Assembly (NCBI GenBank): GCA_964511315.1
Contig: CAZEFF010000007.1
Coordinates: forward strand, 1-60,219
From: an uncultured bacterium
GTDB lineage: Bacteria; Omnitrophota; Omnitrophia; Omnitrophales; Aquincolibacteriaceae
Direction of reading: 5' to 3'
DNA: 60,219 nucleotides
Shown: one piece after another, positions 49,493 to 57,951 of the stretch
Numbering within the stretch: the stretch's first letter is position 1
How the letters are laid out: the number at the start of each line of letters is the position of its first letter
Notes under the pieces: generated by a model
The model's database searches: none
Seen by the model: the letters and a program-made list of their open reading frames with translations, nothing else
What the model was told of the DNA's origin: nothing
Position numbers and translations under genes: made by a program

Positions 49493-51495
49493 ACAGGCAA
49501 AAAAGCAAGGAACTTTTTATTCTTGTTGCCGCTATTTCGGCTTATATTTTCTTTAGATTCCTGACGTTGCTCACGGCCATTGAAAATGTTTCATGGACTG
49601 AGGAATTAGGTATCGGAACCATTGCCCGGGAACTTATCCTGGGTCTTAAAAAGCCGTTTTTCGCTTATCAAATCGACTGCTATGCCGGAGAATCTCTGAT
49701 TTCGGCGTTACTCACAGCGCCATTTTTTAAAGTCTTCGGCTCCCATTTGCTTGTTTTAAAAGCGGTGACGCTCATTTGTTCAGCGCTTACCGTGCTCACC
49801 GCGGCCAATTTTCTTAATCGGCATTTCGGGATTAAAGCCGCTGGCTGGACGATTTTCTTTTTAACTTTTTCACCGCCCGCGTTTACCGCGCATTCGTTAA
49901 TTCCCATGAATGGGCACTCAGAATCGCTGCTGTGGTCAGTACTAATGCTGACTGCTTTCTACGAGTTTATTTTTTCTGAACAGAAGAGTGCTGTTTTTTT
50001 GTGTTTATTTGGAGCGCTAGGCGGTTTCTCATTCTGGTTTTATTACGGATGCGGAATTGCATTTGCGGTATGTCTGATGGTTTGGTTTTTTACAGATCGA
50101 TCCTCGCTCTTTTCCAAGAAGGGTGTATTCGCGATTTTATCATTTTTGGTTGGATTTAGCCCTTGGCTCATTGTTGGGCTAGCGCATTCTTTTGACGGCG
50201 GCAGGTATTTATTTTCAATTTTTCGGAACCCTGATCTTCTCAATTTCGCGCGGTTTTTTACGCGCTTATTTCAGCAGCTATTTCTTTCCCTTCCTCGGGC
50301 ATTCGCATTTCTTCCCCCAGATAATCAATGGCGGGAACTTGGCGCTTACGGATATTTCATATGCTTCATTCTGATATTGGCGTCTTTTTTCCGATTTAAA
50401 GGGCAGAATAAAAAGAATCTTTTCTTTCTAATTTATCCGCTCACATTTTTATTCACGTACGCTATCACGGATTTTGCGATACCCCAGGAATATCCTCAGG
50501 GAACCGTTGAGTTTCGGTACTATACGCCGCTTTACTTTTTCGGGGTGATGCTGCTGGGGCTCTCTTTGAATTCTTGGAATCCAAAAAAGTGGTTTCTTTA
50601 CCCGCTTCTCATTTTTAGCTTAACAGCACAAGGGAATGTTTTTTTTAAAGAGGCATTTGCTGAAGGGATGCGCTACAAAGGCTATTCTTATATCGAGCAT
50701 GGCGTCCGATGGGAAACGGCTGCCAGTAGCGGGAGCCCCTTTTCTGGAGTTGTTAAAAGAGCTTTCGCGTTTCCAGATCCTGAAAGCCGATATTTTTTTT
50801 GGGGCAGGGTTATCGGATGGGAAGGGAATTCCCGCGAGAAAAATCCGCATGATGATCTTTTAAACGAATCTTCGATGCGCGAGATCCCTCTTTCTTGGCG
50901 GCCCCTTGCCGTTGAGGTGATATCATCCTTCCTGACTTTTCATCACGACAAATCAGTTAAAGAGCTGCTCCGGATTGCGGACGCGGTACCTGCCGAATTG
51001 AGAGGGTATTTTTACAAAGGGATCTTTGAAGATTTTATGAGCCGTTCGATTGGGGAAATTCTTGAGGATCCAAAAATTCTAGATCCTGTGGGAACTGAGA
51101 ACCAAAACTGGTTTTATTGGAGTCTTGGAAGCCATTTGGGATACCAGTTTTTTGAAAGTAAAAAAATCAATCCCGATGTCATGGTATTTATTAACCGGGC
51201 AAATACGGAGGCGCAGAAATGGTTTTACCGAGGTCTCGGTAATGCGGCGTTTGGCACGGATCAGCCTACTTTTTTTATTAATACAGATTTTATGCGTCAG
51301 TCAGAAGAAGTGCGGAAAATTGTGCCGAGTGGCTACGAAGGTGATTTCTATTGGGGGGTTGGCTGGGTCATAAAGCTTTTTTTCCGTGAAGACCGTTCCC
51401 GCGCGCGCGATTGGCTGCAGAGAGTCCGTAATCCTTTCAGAGAAAGCGCTGCTCAAGGTTTTGCGGCTTGTGAGGTCTGGTATGGTCTTAACTGA
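49474..51495 (+). CDS. GT-C-fold membrane protein with C-terminal helical repeats (paralog, SWxE type)
   Basis: VSWTEELGIG, YQIDCYAGES, NGHSES, FRYYTP, YKGYSY, FYWGVGW. Confidence 0.7.
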   Translation: MVHAELNRQKSKELFILVAAISAYIFFRFLTLLTAIENVSWTEELGIGTIARELILGLKKPFFAYQIDCYAGESLISALLTAPFFKVFGSHLLVLKAVTLICSALTVLTAANFLNRHFGIKAAGWTIFFLTFSPPAFTAHSLIPMNGHSESLLWSVLMLTAFYEFIFSEQKSAVFLCLFGALGGFSFWFYYGCGIAFAVCLMVWFFTDRSSLFSKKGVFAILSFLVGFSPWLIVGLAHSFDGGRYLFSIFRNPDLLNFARFFTRLFQQLFLSLPRAFAFLPPDNQWRELGAYGYFICFILILASFFRFKGQNKKNLFFLIYPLTFLFTYAITDFAIPQEYPQGTVEFRYYTPLYFFGVMLLGLSLNSWNPKKWFLYPLLIFSLTAQGNVFFKEAFAEGMRYKGYSYIEHGVRWETAASSGSPFSGVVKRAFAFPDPESRYFFWGRVIGWEGNSREKNPHDDLLNESSMREIPLSWRPLAVEVISSFLTFHHDKSVKELLRIADAVPAELRGYFYKGIFEDFMSRSIGEILEDPKILDPVGTENQNWFYWSLGSHLGYQFFESKKINPDVMVFINRANTEAQKWFYRGLGNAAFGTDQPTFFINTDFMRQSEEVRKIVPSGYEGDFYWGVGWVIKLFFREDRSRARDWLQRVRNPFRESAAQGFAACEVWYGLN

Positions 51496-52471
51496 CAAAA
51501 TTAAAAAGGGTATTTTATTGCTAATTTCTTTTGCCGCGGCGCTGATTTTGTGCGAGCTCTATTTGCGGTGGAATCCGCCCATTGGAGTTTATATGGCGAC
51601 CCGCAATATTGTTCAGCTGACGCATTCTGAATTATCTCCGGATTTGATGCTGGGCTATATTCCTAAAGCGGGAATAGCGAAGCCTTTTCGCAACCGTGAA
51701 TTTAATGTTATGGTAAAAATTAATTCGATGAATTTGCGCGATAGAGAATATTCACTCCAAAAGCCTGAAGGTATTGAGCGCATTGCTGTGATGGGGGACT
51801 CTTTTGTTTTCGGCTGGGGCGTTGAGAATGACGAGGTTTTTACAGAGGTTCTTGAAAATCAATATTTAAAAAATACAGAAGTTCTAAATTTCGGGGTATC
51901 CGGTTACGCGGCTTTTCAGGAATTGGAGCGATTAAAAAATGAGGGGCTTCGTTTTCATCCTGATAAAGTGCTTTTTTTTCTTTATGGGACGCCTGAGGGT
52001 TACGTGGATTATGGTGCGGAACAGGAGGAGTTTCAACCAACATTGAAACAAAAGTTTGTTCGGTTTCTCGAGAAAGTATCATATCTTTTCGTGCTCATTC
52101 AGGAAGCTCGAGGATATCTTCAGGTAAGCAAGTTTCCGCCTTCTGATTCGGCGAAATTTGAGGAGCAAGTTAAAAAAGGGTGGGAGGTTTTGGCTGAATT
52201 GAAAGCGCTGGGAGATCAAAACCATTTTGTTCCGATGGTTGTTTATATTCCGACAAAAGATTCGGCGAAAATCGGAAAAGATCCGGATGCTTCCGAAGTT
52301 GCCGAATATTGCCGTGAACGGAGTTTGCCATTTCTGGATTTAACCCCCATGCTTCATGATAGCTGGATAGCAAAGGGAAAATCCCCTTACTTTCGCATTG
52401 ATGATCATTGGAATCGTGAAGGTCATAAGATTGCTGCGATGGCGTTAGAACAGTTTCTTAAAGGAGATTAA
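51482..52471 (+). CDS. SGNH/GDSL hydrolase-fold protein (possible glycan acyl-modifying enzyme)
   Basis: N-terminal TM, GDSFVFG, NFGVSGY, DDHWN; start moved to ATG 51482. Confidence 0.85.
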   Translation: MVLTDKIKKGILLLISFAAALILCELYLRWNPPIGVYMATRNIVQLTHSELSPDLMLGYIPKAGIAKPFRNREFNVMVKINSMNLRDREYSLQKPEGIERIAVMGDSFVFGWGVENDEVFTEVLENQYLKNTEVLNFGVSGYAAFQELERLKNEGLRFHPDKVLFFLYGTPEGYVDYGAEQEEFQPTLKQKFVRFLEKVSYLFVLIQEARGYLQVSKFPPSDSAKFEEQVKKGWEVLAELKALGDQNHFVPMVVYIPTKDSAKIGKDPDASEVAEYCRERSLPFLDLTPMLHDSWIAKGKSPYFRIDDHWNREGHKIAAMALEQFLKGD

Positions 52472-52496
52472 GCTCGGTAATCGATGAGGCTTGTAA

Positions 52497-53045
52497 TCAA
52501 CCGTGTTTTTGCCGTGAATACGGTTTAAATCCCAGCGCAAGGCTTAGCAATGTGCCTAATAAGATTGAGGCTCCGCAAAAACCGATATCTTTCGCGTCTC
52601 CCCATCGCATAGGGATCCAAAGCTGCATGAATTCATCCACAGCGCCTACAAAAAGAGTCAGTAAGGCGGGCCAGAAGTAATATTCCCACGGCGCCCAATC
52701 ATCCGGAAGCGATTGCTGAATCATAATCACCAGAATGGAAAAGATGATGAGATGGAAAAACTCCGTTTTAACCGCGAGAGTATGATAAAAATAAAAATAG
52801 CAGGCTGAAATGGCCGCCAGCAGTCCAAGACTTTTGGGGGTTATTCGCTTTCTATTTTTCCAAATGAGAAATAGTCCAGCGCATGTAAAAATGGTAATTG
52901 CTGCGTAAAGCATGGGGAAAGTGATTCCGAGCGGGTCCAGTATATCCAAAAGGGGGCGGGTTCCAAATGCCATGGAAAGAATGAAGGCAGAGAAGCAAGC
53001 CGGCACAATCCAAAAGTAGGGTTTCAATCTTCGCCATAGTGCCAT
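52497..53045 (-). CDS. VanZ-like membrane protein
   Basis: EFFHLIIFSIL...GAVDEFMQLWIPMRWGDAKD. Confidence 0.72.
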   Translation of the reverse strand: MALWRRLKPYFWIVPACFSAFILSMAFGTRPLLDILDPLGITFPMLYAAITIFTCAGLFLIWKNRKRITPKSLGLLAAISACYFYFYHTLAVKTEFFHLIIFSILVIMIQQSLPDDWAPWEYYFWPALLTLFVGAVDEFMQLWIPMRWGDAKDIGFCGASILLGTLLSLALGFKPYSRQKHG

Positions 53046-53103
53046 TTTAATTATTTACGGCTAACTTCAAAAATCCCTTAAAAAGACGATACTTTTTATA
53101 CCT

Positions 53104-54054
53104 ATGGTTTCTTTCAAAAAAATTTGGCGGCTCAAAGGCCGTGTTTTCTGTATTGCGGCAGTCATGGGTATGTCAGCATGGTCATTTTGGTCGTGGCGCC
53201 ATGTCCGTTATCAGGCGGACGCGATTGTGGCCGTTCAAATCTCCGGCGGTGTTTCTGAGCATTCGAATGTTTTATCTCTCGCCAAAAAAATTTCAAGTTA
53301 TCCGCAAATTGAAAAAGTCGCCCGCGTAATAAACCGGTCAAAGACTAACACAGAAAAAACTGAAGGCGGGCAGTGGAGTGTCCAAATTCTTCAATCAAAA
53401 ATCGATGTTATCCCTCAGGCGGGAACCGGAATGATTATCGTCCGCGCTTACGATCCTAATCAAGCTATCGCGGTTAGGTTGGCAAATGAGGTTGCCCGTC
53501 AGGCAGCCGAGATAAAAGATGTGTCGCTCGAGAATAATCCGGATACAAAAATTAAGTGGAATGAGGCTCAAATTAAAGCAAGTAAGGCTAAAATAGAAGC
53601 GCTTGAGAAAGAAATTTTCGAGTTTCAAAAGAAATGGAGCTGGGCATCTGGTAAAGCAAGGGTGGAAAGCCAGATTATGGCAAAGCAGGGAGAGAGGGCA
53701 TTGCTCTTAGAGAAATTCACGAGCAAGCATCCTGAAATTTTGCGGATCGATGAAGAAATTGAGCAGCTGCAAAAAGAACTTGTGCAAGAAAATTTCCTGG
53801 GTAAGGAATTCGAAGCTTTGGCAGAGCAGCTCAAAAAGGAGCAGAATAATTATTCTCAGGCAGTTCAGTCGGTGGAGCAGGCTCAATTTGAACGGATTTC
53901 TCAGCCTGCCTCAATACGCTTGGTAAGCGCGGCGGCTAGAGCCCATAAAGCTGTGATACCGCCGTCGACCCCGATTATTTGCTTTGCCCTCCTGTTTTGT
54001 CTCTGCGTAGGGGTTGTTACGGCTATTCTTACCGGTTCCAACCGCATTTCCTGA
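53104..54054 (+). CDS. Wzz/GumC-like co-polymerase without a kinase domain
   Basis: Two terminal TMs, coiled coil with FTSKHPEI (cf. Wzc FTEKHPDV), PP before TM2. Confidence 0.7.
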   Translation: MVSFKKIWRLKGRVFCIAAVMGMSAWSFWSWRHVRYQADAIVAVQISGGVSEHSNVLSLAKKISSYPQIEKVARVINRSKTNTEKTEGGQWSVQILQSKIDVIPQAGTGMIIVRAYDPNQAIAVRLANEVARQAAEIKDVSLENNPDTKIKWNEAQIKASKAKIEALEKEIFEFQKKWSWASGKARVESQIMAKQGERALLLEKFTSKHPEILRIDEEIEQLQKELVQENFLGKEFEALAEQLKKEQNNYSQAVQSVEQAQFERISQPASIRLVSAAARAHKAVIPPSTPIICFALLFCLCVGVVTAILTGSNRIS

Positions 54055-54122
54055 GTTTTCTCCCTCCGAGAGCACGTCCCAATGATTCATATTGACTATA
54101 AATGACAATAGATTTTTATTAT

Positions 54123-54167
54123 TGTTAGTTATTGCAATACTAACATTTGTTAGGTATACTTCGTTAG
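54123..54167 (+). promoter_or_regulatory. Sigma70 promoter with overlapping inverted-repeat operator candidates
   Basis: TTGCAA (54132-37), 17 nt, TATACT (54155-60). CTAACA-tt-TGTTAG at 54140-53; TGTTAG at 54123; CGTTAG at 54162; palindrome TATTGCAATA at 54130-39. Confidence 0.65.
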
Positions 54168-54212
54168 TGAACAAAGAATAGGTCATGTTTGTAGGCCCTT
54201 TGTTTAACTACT

Positions 54213-54425
54213 ATGAGCGGATTAACAGATAGACAGAAAGAAGTTCTTAGCTACATCGGCACCTACGCTGGTTCCCACGGTTTTCCTCCTACTCTTCGTG
54301 AAATTGCCCTGCATTTTAGTATCGCGCCGACATCGGTGCTTGGGCATTTGCATGCGTTGGAAAGCAAGGGGTTTATCAGACGTCAGCCGGCAAAATCGCG
54401 CTGTTTGGAAATTGTAAAGCGTTAG
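54213..54425 (+). CDS. LexA-like winged-helix DNA-binding domain only (70 aa)
   Basis: LTDRQKEVLSYI...GFPPTLREIA...TSVLGHLHALESKGFIRR...SR; stop codon before any linker or S24 peptidase domain. Confidence 0.85.
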   Translation: MSGLTDRQKEVLSYIGTYAGSHGFPPTLREIALHFSIAPTSVLGHLHALESKGFIRRQPAKSRCLEIVKR

Positions 54426-54492
54426 ATCAGCTAAGAATCGAAGATCTGTCAGCCCTGAGGTCGCAAGCTTTTCTGTGACTGAGAGGGCGAAG

Positions 54493-54769
54493 CCCCGTTC
54501 GAGACAAATTTATGTACTATGTTTACGTGATACAAAGCGTGAAAGATAACAAGTGGTATACAGGAGTTACAGTTGATTTACGGAACCGATTTAAACAACA
54601 CCAGGCGGGTGAAGTGTCGTCGACGAAAAGCCGAGGTCCTTTCAAGTTGATCTACTACGAAGCGAGCATTGATCGAGAAGACGCCTATGCCCGAGAGCTG
54701 TATTTGAAATCTGGGTTAGGGAAACGGTATCTTAAGAAACGTTTAAATCGGTTCCTGTCTCAAACGGGG
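54493..54769 (+). mobile_element. 277-bp GIY-YIG cassette 1 bounded by terminal inverted repeats
   Basis: CCCCGTTCGAGACA (54493-506) / TGTCTCAAACGGGG (54756-769), 13/14 complementary; flanked by direct repeat CGAAG. Confidence 0.75.
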
Positions 54770-54784
54770 CGAAGCCTCGTATAA
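54512..54784 (+). CDS. GIY-YIG nuclease (UPF0213-like), copy 1
   Basis: YYVYVIQ...WYTG.T.DL..R...H...G...TK.RGP..L.YYE...ARE..LK. Confidence 0.9.
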   Translation: MYYVYVIQSVKDNKWYTGVTVDLRNRFKQHQAGEVSSTKSRGPFKLIYYEASIDREDAYARELYLKSGLGKRYLKKRLNRFLSQTGRSLV

Positions 54785-54844
54785 ACGATGCAGAATTTTG
54801 AAACTCGAAATCAAACAATAAAACCTAACCACGAGGTCTAAAAA

Positions 54845-55558
54845 ATGAAAGTTGTTATTTTATGCGGAGGTAAGGGGACGCGGCTTAAAGAAAAAACGGA
54901 GTCCATGCCTAAGCCTTTAATCGAAATCGGGGGGAGATCAATCCTTTGGCATATTATGAATATTTATAAGGCTCAGGGATTTAAAGAGTTTGTCCTATGC
55001 CTGGGATATAAAGGGCAAATGATCCGGGAATGTTTTGAAAAAGATATGAATAAAGAAGGATGGAAAATCGAATTTGCGGAAACGGGGGAAGATACTCAGA
55101 CGGGCGGACGCGTTAAAAAAATCGAGTCTTTCATTCGTGATGAAAATTTCATGCTGACTTACGGAGACGGCGTTTCGGATATTGATTTGAGCCGGCTCGT
55201 TCAACATCACCAAAAGCACGGCAAAATCGGAACCGTGACAGCCGTGAATCCGCCTTCGCAGTTTGGCCTTCTTGAAATTCAGGGAAATTCTCATGTGAGT
55301 TCTTTTCGTGAAAAACCCACGACAGATCAGTGGATCAATGGGGGGTTCTTTGTTTTTAAAAAGGACTTTTTCAAATATTTAACTGAGGAAGATGTGCTCG
55401 AGAAAAAACCGTTAGAACGTTTGGCGAAAGAAGATCAGCTTGTTGCTTTTCAGCACCGTGGTTATTGGAAGTGCATGGATACCTATAAAGATACAATCGC
55501 GCTTAATGAAATATGGGGCAGTGGTAAGGCTCCATGGGCCCCGTTAGAGACAAACTAA
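54845..55558 (+). CDS. rfbF: Glucose-1-phosphate cytidylyltransferase
   Basis: ILCGGKGTRL...PKPLIEIGG, LCLGYKG, TQTGGRVK, LTYGDGVSD, WKCMDT, KAPW. Confidence 0.88.
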   Translation: MKVVILCGGKGTRLKEKTESMPKPLIEIGGRSILWHIMNIYKAQGFKEFVLCLGYKGQMIRECFEKDMNKEGWKIEFAETGEDTQTGGRVKKIESFIRDENFMLTYGDGVSDIDLSRLVQHHQKHGKIGTVTAVNPPSQFGLLEIQGNSHVSSFREKPTTDQWINGGFFVFKKDFFKYLTEEDVLEKKPLERLAKEDQLVAFQHRGYWKCMDTYKDTIALNEIWGSGKAPWAPLETN

Positions 55559-55815
55559 TGTACTATGTCTATGTTCTGCAGAGTTTGAAAGATAAAAGGT
55601 GGTATACGGGATTTACGGGTGATTTGCGGAACCGATTTAAGGAGCATCAATCGGGCAAAGTGTCTTCAACAAAAGGAAGAGGTCCGTTTCGTTTGATTTA
55701 TTATGAGGCAAGTCTGAATCAAAGGGATGTATCAAACCGGGAAAAATATCTTAAAACAGGGATGGGGAAACGATATTTAAAAAATCGATTAAATCGGTTC
55801 CTGTCTCTAACGGGG
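55539..55815 (+). mobile_element. 277-bp GIY-YIG cassette 2 bounded by perfect 14-bp inverted repeats, inserted in the rfbF 3' end
   Basis: CCCCGTTAGAGACA (55539-552) / TGTCTCTAACGGGG (55802-815), a perfect complement; same length as cassette 1. Confidence 0.8.
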
Positions 55816-55827
55816 TGGAAAGGATAA
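55558..55827 (+). CDS. GIY-YIG nuclease (UPF0213-like), copy 2
   Basis: 63/86 aa identical to copy 1 by hand count; ATG overlaps the rfbF TAA. Confidence 0.9.
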   Translation: MYYVYVLQSLKDKRWYTGFTGDLRNRFKEHQSGKVSSTKGRGPFRLIYYEASLNQRDVSNREKYLKTGMGKRYLKNRLNRFLSLTGWKG

Positions 55828-55828
55828 T

Positions 55829-56812
55829 ATGGGTAAATCAAATCATTTTTGGTATGGCCGTCCGGTCCTTGTAACCGGTATTACCGGGTTTGTTGGGGCG
55901 AATCTTGCGGGAGCTCTTGTGCGTAAAGGAGCCCGCGTGGTTGGAATTTACCGGGATGATGTCGCGGGTTCCGCGCTCGAAGTACTTGGTTTAAAAGAGC
56001 GGGTTACGCTTGTCCATGGTGATTTGCGTGACATTCAAATAATTGAACGGACTTTGAATGAATATTCTATTGAGATTGTATATCACTTAGCAGCTCAGGC
56101 GATAGTTGGAGTCGCGAATCGGTCGCCCATTGCGACATTCCAATCGAATATTGAAGGGACATGGAATTTGCTCGAAGCTTGCCGGCATCAGCAAGGCATC
56201 GAGGCGATTGTCGTTGCTTCGAGTGATAAGGCTTATGGTTCTCACAAAAAACTGCCATACGATGAGACCTTTCCGCTTCAGCCCGAATTTCCTTATGACA
56301 CATCCAAGGCTTGTGCCGATTTAATCGCGCGGAGTTATTTCAAAACTTACGGCCTTCCAATCGTGATTACGCGTTTCGCGAATATCTACGGTCCGGGAGA
56401 TATGAATTTTTCAAGAATCATTCCAGACACCATCCAGAATATTTTGAAGGGGGAGGCTCCGATCATTCGAAGTGACGGAACGCCTGAGCGGGATTATTTA
56501 TACGTCGAAGATGTCGCGGGCCTTTATCTTCTTCTTGCGGAAAACATTGAAAAAGCAAAAGGAGAAGTTTTTAATGCCGGGCATAAAAAACCGTACAGCG
56601 TGAAATTCGTTGTCGACGCACTGCTTAAAATTGGCGGAAAGAAAAAGCTGAAGCCGGTCATTGAAGGAAAAGGGAAGCTGCATGGAGAAATTGACCGGCA
56701 GTGGATGGACGGAGCTAAAGTAAAAAAAATACTCGGCTGGGAGCCCAAAGTATCTCTGGGGGCGGGTTTGAAAAAAACTTTTGCATGGTATAAAGCTTGG
56801 CTGAAGCCCTGA
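55829..56812 (+). CDS. rfbG: CDP-glucose 4,6-dehydratase-like NAD-dependent epimerase/dehydratase
   Basis: VTGITGFVG, HLAAQAIV, SSDKAY, PYDTSKA, NIYGPGD; adjacent to rfbF. Confidence 0.75.
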   Translation: MGKSNHFWYGRPVLVTGITGFVGANLAGALVRKGARVVGIYRDDVAGSALEVLGLKERVTLVHGDLRDIQIIERTLNEYSIEIVYHLAAQAIVGVANRSPIATFQSNIEGTWNLLEACRHQQGIEAIVVASSDKAYGSHKKLPYDETFPLQPEFPYDTSKACADLIARSYFKTYGLPIVITRFANIYGPGDMNFSRIIPDTIQNILKGEAPIIRSDGTPERDYLYVEDVAGLYLLLAENIEKAKGEVFNAGHKKPYSVKFVVDALLKIGGKKKLKPVIEGKGKLHGEIDRQWMDGAKVKKILGWEPKVSLGAGLKKTFAWYKAWLKP

Positions 56813-57951
56813 AAATTCTTTTAGTTACGCACGCGCCGAAAAATGACCGAACGGCTGTCTATCATGCGGCGATTTTACGTGCGAACTATGCCAGGAGTAT
56901 TGGGTGGGAAGCTGAGGTCCTTTGCCCCGGAGATTTATGGTTATCCGCGCGCGCCGGACGCTTTATGCCCATGATCTATCCGATCGAGACAGCGTTATGG
57001 ATGCTTTGCGGGAAAAAGAGATTTGATTTAGTCGTGTTTCATAGTTATTCCGGATGGGTGTTTAATTTAATTAAACGCTTCTTTTTCAGGCAAGGTCCCG
57101 CAGTGATAACCTCTTTTCATGGAGTGGAGGAACTCTATTTTAAAGAGTTGAAGAAAGAAGCTGAGATATCAGGAAAAGAATTGAGCCCCGCGTTTCAATT
57201 TTTCTATTTTAAACTGATGAATGAATGGATCCGCCTCAGTTGCCGGCTATCCGACAAAGTGTTTTGCCTTAATCCGGAAGAAAAAGATTTCTTAATCCGT
57301 GAAGGCTACGTGCCTGGCTCAGATTTGGCCGCCATCCATAATGATGTTGCTCCTGATTTCTTCACTCAAAGAAACTATGCTGAAAAGGTAAAAGTGATTT
57401 TGTATGCCGGACAGTGGCTCCCCATGAAAGGCACCCGCTATCTTGTTGAAGCTTTCGAGTCTATTGCGCGTGAATGCCCCGAAATAGAACTGCATTTGGC
57501 GGGGACATTGGCGGCTGAAGCTCAAGTGCTGAGGGATTTTTCAGTATTCGCGCGGGAGCGCGTCAAAGTGATTCCCTCATTGCCCCATGAAAAAATGCTC
57601 GAATGCTATGGAACTGCTGATCTTTTGATTTTTCCAAGCCTTTATGAAGCGTTCGGCCGCGTTGCCGCGGAAGCGATGGCAGCCGGACTTCCTATCGTTT
57701 CAACAAGGGTCGGAATTGGGCTTGAGATTTTTGAAGATAAAAAAAACTGCATGGTTATTCCTCGAAGGGATGCGGCCGCGATTGTCAGCGCGGTAAAAGT
57801 TTTGCGCGGCGATTTCGCATTGCGCAAAAAGATTGGACAGGCCGCGAAGGTTTCTATCGAGCCCTTCCGCACCGAAATTGTTCTGAAGCAAATCTTCGAT
57901 AAATTTTTATGCACAGTCAAAGAAAGCCGGCTGCGGTATGAACGAAAATAG
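56797..57951 (+). CDS. GT4 (GT-B fold) glycosyltransferase
   Basis: MKG..YLVEA, FPSLYEAFGRVAAEAMAAGLPIVST. Confidence 0.9.
   Translation: MAEALKILLVTHAPKNDRTAVYHAAILRANYARSIGWEAEVLCPGDLWLSARAGRFMPMIYPIETALWMLCGKKRFDLVVFHSYSGWVFNLIKRFFFRQGPAVITSFHGVEELYFKELKKEAEISGKELSPAFQFFYFKLMNEWIRLSCRLSDKVFCLNPEEKDFLIREGYVPGSDLAAIHNDVAPDFFTQRNYAEKVKVILYAGQWLPMKGTRYLVEAFESIARECPEIELHLAGTLAAEAQVLRDFSVFARERVKVIPSLPHEKMLECYGTADLLIFPSLYEAFGRVAAEAMAAGLPIVSTRVGIGLEIFEDKKNCMVIPRRDAAAIVSAVKVLRGDFALRKKIGQAAKVSIEPFRTEIVLKQIFDKFLCTVKESRLRYERK

Noticed and set aside
54213-54784. LexA + GIY-YIG as an SOS repair cassette
   Set aside because: LexA lacks the peptidase domain, and the nuclease is bounded by TIRs shared with a second copy, so adjacency is better explained by insertion.
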